A stretch of DNA of 9,562 nt, taken from NCBI GenBank assembly GCA_964436975.1, contig CAYTET010000008.1, positions 22,439-32,000 of the forward strand, in the 5' to 3' direction. The notes under the pieces are model-generated. The model was not told the origin of the DNA. It worked only from the letters and a program-made list of their open reading frames with translations, and did not search any database. A program made the translations under genes and the position numbers. Position 1 is the first letter of the stretch. Every line of letters starts with the position of its first letter. Shown here in pieces: positions 6,406 to 9,562 of the stretch. The DNA comes from an uncultured Erysipelotrichaceae bacterium. GTDB taxonomy: Bacteria; Bacillota_I; Bacilli_A; Erysipelotrichales; Erysipelotrichaceae.

Positions 6406-7788
6406 ATGATGGCTAACAGAAAAAGGAATCCTATCGATCGTCAGATTATAAATATTCTGTTTCCCGTGATGATCGAAAACATTCTGATAACTTTAGCCGG
6501 CATGGTCTTGACCGGATACATCGGTCACTTGACGGTCAGTGACATTTCAGCCTACGGTCTGGCTAACCGCATCTACAATATATACTACTCGGTGTTCCGC
6601 GGCCTGGCTATCGGCGTCATGGTTGTTTCGGCTAAAGCTTATGGAAAAAATGACATTGCCCGCTGCCGCAAGCTGCAGGAAACAGGCTACTGCACAATTG
6701 TGCCGCTGGCCTTGATTATTAGCCTGGTAATAATACTATTCCCCAAACTGTTCATCGGTTTAATGACGGATGATCCGGTTCTGCTGGAAACGGCCAGCCG
6801 TCTGCTGCGGCTGACGGCCTGCGGCTTTCCGTTTATCGCCACCGTAGCGCTCAACTCAGCTGCCTTTCAGGCCCGCGGCAATACCCGCACCCCGATGTTC
6901 ACGGCTTTTTTCGGCAACCTGATTAATATAACAATCGGTTATGCCCTGGTTTTCGGTATCGGTTCACTATCCGGATTGGGCCTGACCGGCGCCGGCATAT
7001 CCCAGATTATCACCCAGGTTTTCATGTGCTCAATGGGTCTGTATCTGATTTACGGTCGCAACGGCCTCTACCGGTTCAACGGCGGAGCCAAAAAACTGCC
7101 CCGCATCGAACGCCAGGACGCCAAAGAGTTGTTTTCCACCGGGGTGCCGGCGGCGCTGGAGAATTCCTTCTGGCAGGTGTCAACGGTTATTCTGAGCAGC
7201 ATAATTCTGAGCTACGGCCAGAACAGCTATGCGGCCTATCAGGTCGGCCTGCAGGCGGAAGGACTGTGCGATATTGTCGCCACCAGTTTTGTGAGCGCTT
7301 CAACGAGCATGGCTGCCATTGCCATCGGGCAGAATGACGATCATCTTTACCAGACTTATTATCATCACCTGATTAAGCAGTGTCTGATTTTCAGTGTTAT
7401 AGCGATAATGATTCTGGCTTTCGGCTCACCGGTGCTGGTCAGACTGCTGACCGACAAGACCGAATTAATCCCGATTGCCCTGAACTATCTGTATACGATC
7501 GTCTGGTGTCATCTGGCCCAGAATCTTTCTAAAGTATTCTTCGGCTACATCCGGGCCAGCCATCATGAAAAAGCGCCGATGATCATCAACTTTGTCGGCA
7601 TCTGGCTGATCAGGCTGCCGCTGGTTTATCTCTTCAGCAAAGTTCTGAAACTGGAAATCACCTGGATATGGTGGGCTTTCAATATTGACCAGTGGTGTGA
7701 GCTGATCATCAGCTTTATCTATCTGAAAAAGCACCGGGTCATGTATTATCTGTCAGACCGGGCCGCCGCTAATCAGCTGCCTCATTAA
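6406..7788 (+). CDS. MATE family efflux transporter (multidrug/Na+ antiporter type)
   Basis: 460 aa, about 12 hydrophobic segments. MATE-like features: IINILFPVMIENILITLAGMVLTGYIGHL, AFQARGNTRTPMFTAFFGNLINITIGYALVFG, GVPAALENSFWQVSTVI. Preceded by GAAAGAGG. ATG at 6406 and 6409 are both possible. Confidence 0.93.
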   Translation: MMANRKRNPIDRQIINILFPVMIENILITLAGMVLTGYIGHLTVSDISAYGLANRIYNIYYSVFRGLAIGVMVVSAKAYGKNDIARCRKLQETGYCTIVPLALIISLVIILFPKLFIGLMTDDPVLLETASRLLRLTACGFPFIATVALNSAAFQARGNTRTPMFTAFFGNLINITIGYALVFGIGSLSGLGLTGAGISQIITQVFMCSMGLYLIYGRNGLYRFNGGAKKLPRIERQDAKELFSTGVPAALENSFWQVSTVILSSIILSYGQNSYAAYQVGLQAEGLCDIVATSFVSASTSMAAIAIGQNDDHLYQTYYHHLIKQCLIFSVIAIMILAFGSPVLVRLLTDKTELIPIALNYLYTIVWCHLAQNLSKVFFGYIRASHHEKAPMIINFVGIWLIRLPLVYLFSKVLKLEITWIWWAFNIDQWCELIISFIYLKKHRVMYYLSDRAAANQLPH

Positions 7789-9559
7789 GCTTTTCGTTGA
7801 TCAGCTGCATTGTCGGATTGGCCAGCAGACTGGCGGCAAAGCTGTAATCGGCGCAGAGAAGATTTAACAGTTCATAATAGAAGCGGATATTGCGGCTGGT
7901 CAGCCGGCCCTGGAAAAGCAGACCGCAGCCTTTCTGGAAGGGCCCGACAGCCAGCCAGTTGCGGCTGCTGTCAGAGGCAGGAATATAAATAAAACGGATA
8001 GCGGAAGAGGCCATGACAGCCGCTGCCGTTTTTTTCAGGCGCTGGGTAATCTGGGCCTGGTCCGTTGTGGTCAGCAGATGCAGGTTGCCGGCGCACAGAT
8101 TGCGCCGCTTTCTGACCAGCTGGTCGAGATTGGAAGCCTGCGCCGGGCTGACCAGCAGAGCGCTGTCCTGCAGCGGACCGCTGATGGGACTGTCGGTTAT
8201 CAGCAGGTCGTAGTAAAAACCGGTATCTTTAATTGCGCTGCGGTAATCTAAAACGGCTGCGGTCTGATAATACCGGCGGCTGACATTGGCTTTGATCAGC
8301 TGTTTCAGCCGGTTGGCTCCCTCAAGTCCGTTTTGGCTGATCAGGCCGATTTTCAGCGGCGGATAGTGTACCGGCTGCAGCAGGATCAGATAGCTGATAA
8401 AGGAAAGCAGGGGGGCCGCGGCATAGGCCGACGGCTCATAGCCAAAATAGTTACTTAACATTTCCCGGGCCTGCCGGTCAAACAGGGCCAGCAGAACATT
8501 GTCGCCGGCAGTGCTGATCTGGTCCAGGCCGTAAAAACGGGATTCCAGCCGCCGGCAGGCATCAGCCAGCATCCAGCGGTCGGTCAGCTGGTGCAGATAG
8601 TTTTCATCGCTGCGGCTCAGGGGCAGCTGCAGCTCATCATTAAGCCAGTGATAAAAGACATCATATAAAGACGGCCGGCCGGACTGGGCCGGGGCGGTTT
8701 TGACCAGCTGGCTGAGATCATCCGGATTGAAATCGTTGATCAGCAGCACGTAATCAAGGGCGGCTGTTTCAGCGGCCAGGCCAGCAGACGCCAGGCCAAG
8801 ATGCCCGCTAATCTGGCGGGCGGCCGTTGATGAAGGGCGGTCGGGCCAGGGAGAAGCGTCCGGCTGAACCGGCGGAAAGCCAGCGCTGATTCTGGTTGCG
8901 GCTATGCTAAGATAGCTGACAACAGCTGAAGTGTTCAGGCCATCGAGCTGCTGCTGTTCGACAACTTCATCGACCAGCCGACTGATCTGAAGGCGGCGGC
9001 GGCAATAGTTATCTTCCGGACTGACCACGGCCGGATCCAGGATGCCGTAAAGGTCACTCAGACAGAGGCGGATCTTCAGCTGGCTGCCCTTAACCTGCAG
9101 CCCGTCCGTCGGCCGGACGGCAACGGTTAAGCCGTAGGATTCAATATAGCCGCGGGCCCATTTGAGCGGGTCGCGGATGTTGGATTTTGAATAGCCGACC
9201 TGCTGGGCCAACGAGTCAACGGTCAGCGGTCCGGCGGCCATCAGCAGCAGGCGGGCCAGACTGGCTTTCAGCCATAAGTCGGTCTCGCTGTTTATCAGCG
9301 GCGTCAGCCGCTGGCAGAAAGCAAACAGATCAGGACAGCGGCGGTTATAGAGTGCTGAAGCGGTAATACGGCAGTTTATGAAGGTCTTGAAGTCAAAGGC
9401 CAGACCAAATTCACTCTGCAGGTTTTGGAGGGCCCTTTCGGTCTGGCGGCCTTGGTATTCACTCAGGCCAAACCGGCTTAAAAACCCTTTCCGGGACATT
9501 CCCGGATGCTGCAGCAGATAGCCCAATTGGTAATAGTGAAGCAGGTCGGGATGGCGCAT
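7769..9559 (-). CDS. BglG/LicR/MtlR-like multidomain transcriptional regulator (HTH, PRD-like and PTS EIIB-like regions); 5' end at or beyond the window edge
   Basis: 596 aa. HTH-like segment AAGPLTVDSLAQQVGYSKSNIRDPLKWARGYIESYGLTVAVRPTDGLQVKGSQLKIRLCLSDLY matches the pattern of LicR/MtlR-type activators, followed by divergent PRD-like helices and an IGLISQNGLEGANRLKQLI EIIB-like strand/loop. ATG 9559 is 3 nt from the edge, so a further upstream start cannot be excluded. Confidence 0.7.
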   Translation of the reverse strand: MRHPDLLHYYQLGYLLQHPGMSRKGFLSRFGLSEYQGRQTERALQNLQSEFGLAFDFKTFINCRITASALYNRRCPDLFAFCQRLTPLINSETDLWLKASLARLLLMAAGPLTVDSLAQQVGYSKSNIRDPLKWARGYIESYGLTVAVRPTDGLQVKGSQLKIRLCLSDLYGILDPAVVSPEDNYCRRRLQISRLVDEVVEQQQLDGLNTSAVVSYLSIAATRISAGFPPVQPDASPWPDRPSSTAARQISGHLGLASAGLAAETAALDYVLLINDFNPDDLSQLVKTAPAQSGRPSLYDVFYHWLNDELQLPLSRSDENYLHQLTDRWMLADACRRLESRFYGLDQISTAGDNVLLALFDRQAREMLSNYFGYEPSAYAAAPLLSFISYLILLQPVHYPPLKIGLISQNGLEGANRLKQLIKANVSRRYYQTAAVLDYRSAIKDTGFYYDLLITDSPISGPLQDSALLVSPAQASNLDQLVRKRRNLCAGNLHLLTTTDQAQITQRLKKTAAAVMASSAIRFIYIPASDSSRNWLAVGPFQKGCGLLFQGRLTSRNIRFYYELLNLLCADYSFAASLLANPTMQLINEKLNEAAD

Positions 9560-9562
9560 AAA

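Noticed and set aside
7026-8213. Small ORFs overlapping the MATE gene and the regulator (7026-7337, 7465-7734, 7810-7992, 8013-8213)
   Set aside because: Out-of-frame or antisense translations of established coding regions, with no independent evidence.
7800-9540. High density of CCGG/GGCCGG-type strings
   Set aside because: This appears to be a general codon and composition bias of the whole window (Pro-Gly/Ala-Gly/Arg codon choices), not a localised repeat array or CRISPR. No regular spacing was seen.
1-9562. Search for a novel defence, mobile, CRISPR or retron-like system
   Set aside because: No transposase, integrase, reverse transcriptase, nuclease, toxin-antitoxin pair, tRNA/rRNA or repeat-spacer pattern was recognised. 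Nearly all the sequence is explained by eight housekeeping or accessory metabolism genes.

Overview
This looks like an ordinary Firmicutes-type chromosomal segment. Plus strand, in order: the 3' part of a sugar/nucleoside ABC transporter ATPase (CDS truncated at the left edge), two nucleoside-type ABC permeases, and two tandem paralogous inosine-uridine type nucleoside hydrolases. Together these form a nucleoside uptake and cleavage gene cluster. Next comes a class I SAM-dependent methyltransferase whose reading frame is broken by one extra base, apparently at an A6 run. A minus-strand flavin reductase-family gene follows, then a plus-strand MATE efflux transporter. The last gene is minus strand and encodes a BglG/LicR/MtlR-like multidomain regulator that overlaps the MATE gene tail-to-tail and reaches the right edge. 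The observations most worth a second look are the methyltransferase frameshift, a terminator-like hairpin inside the transporter/hydrolase cluster directly before a ribosome-binding site, and the apparent loss of PTS phosphorylation residues in the regulator. I found no convincing novel defence, mobile, CRISPR or RNA system. All family calls are from recognising protein motifs by eye; no searches were run.
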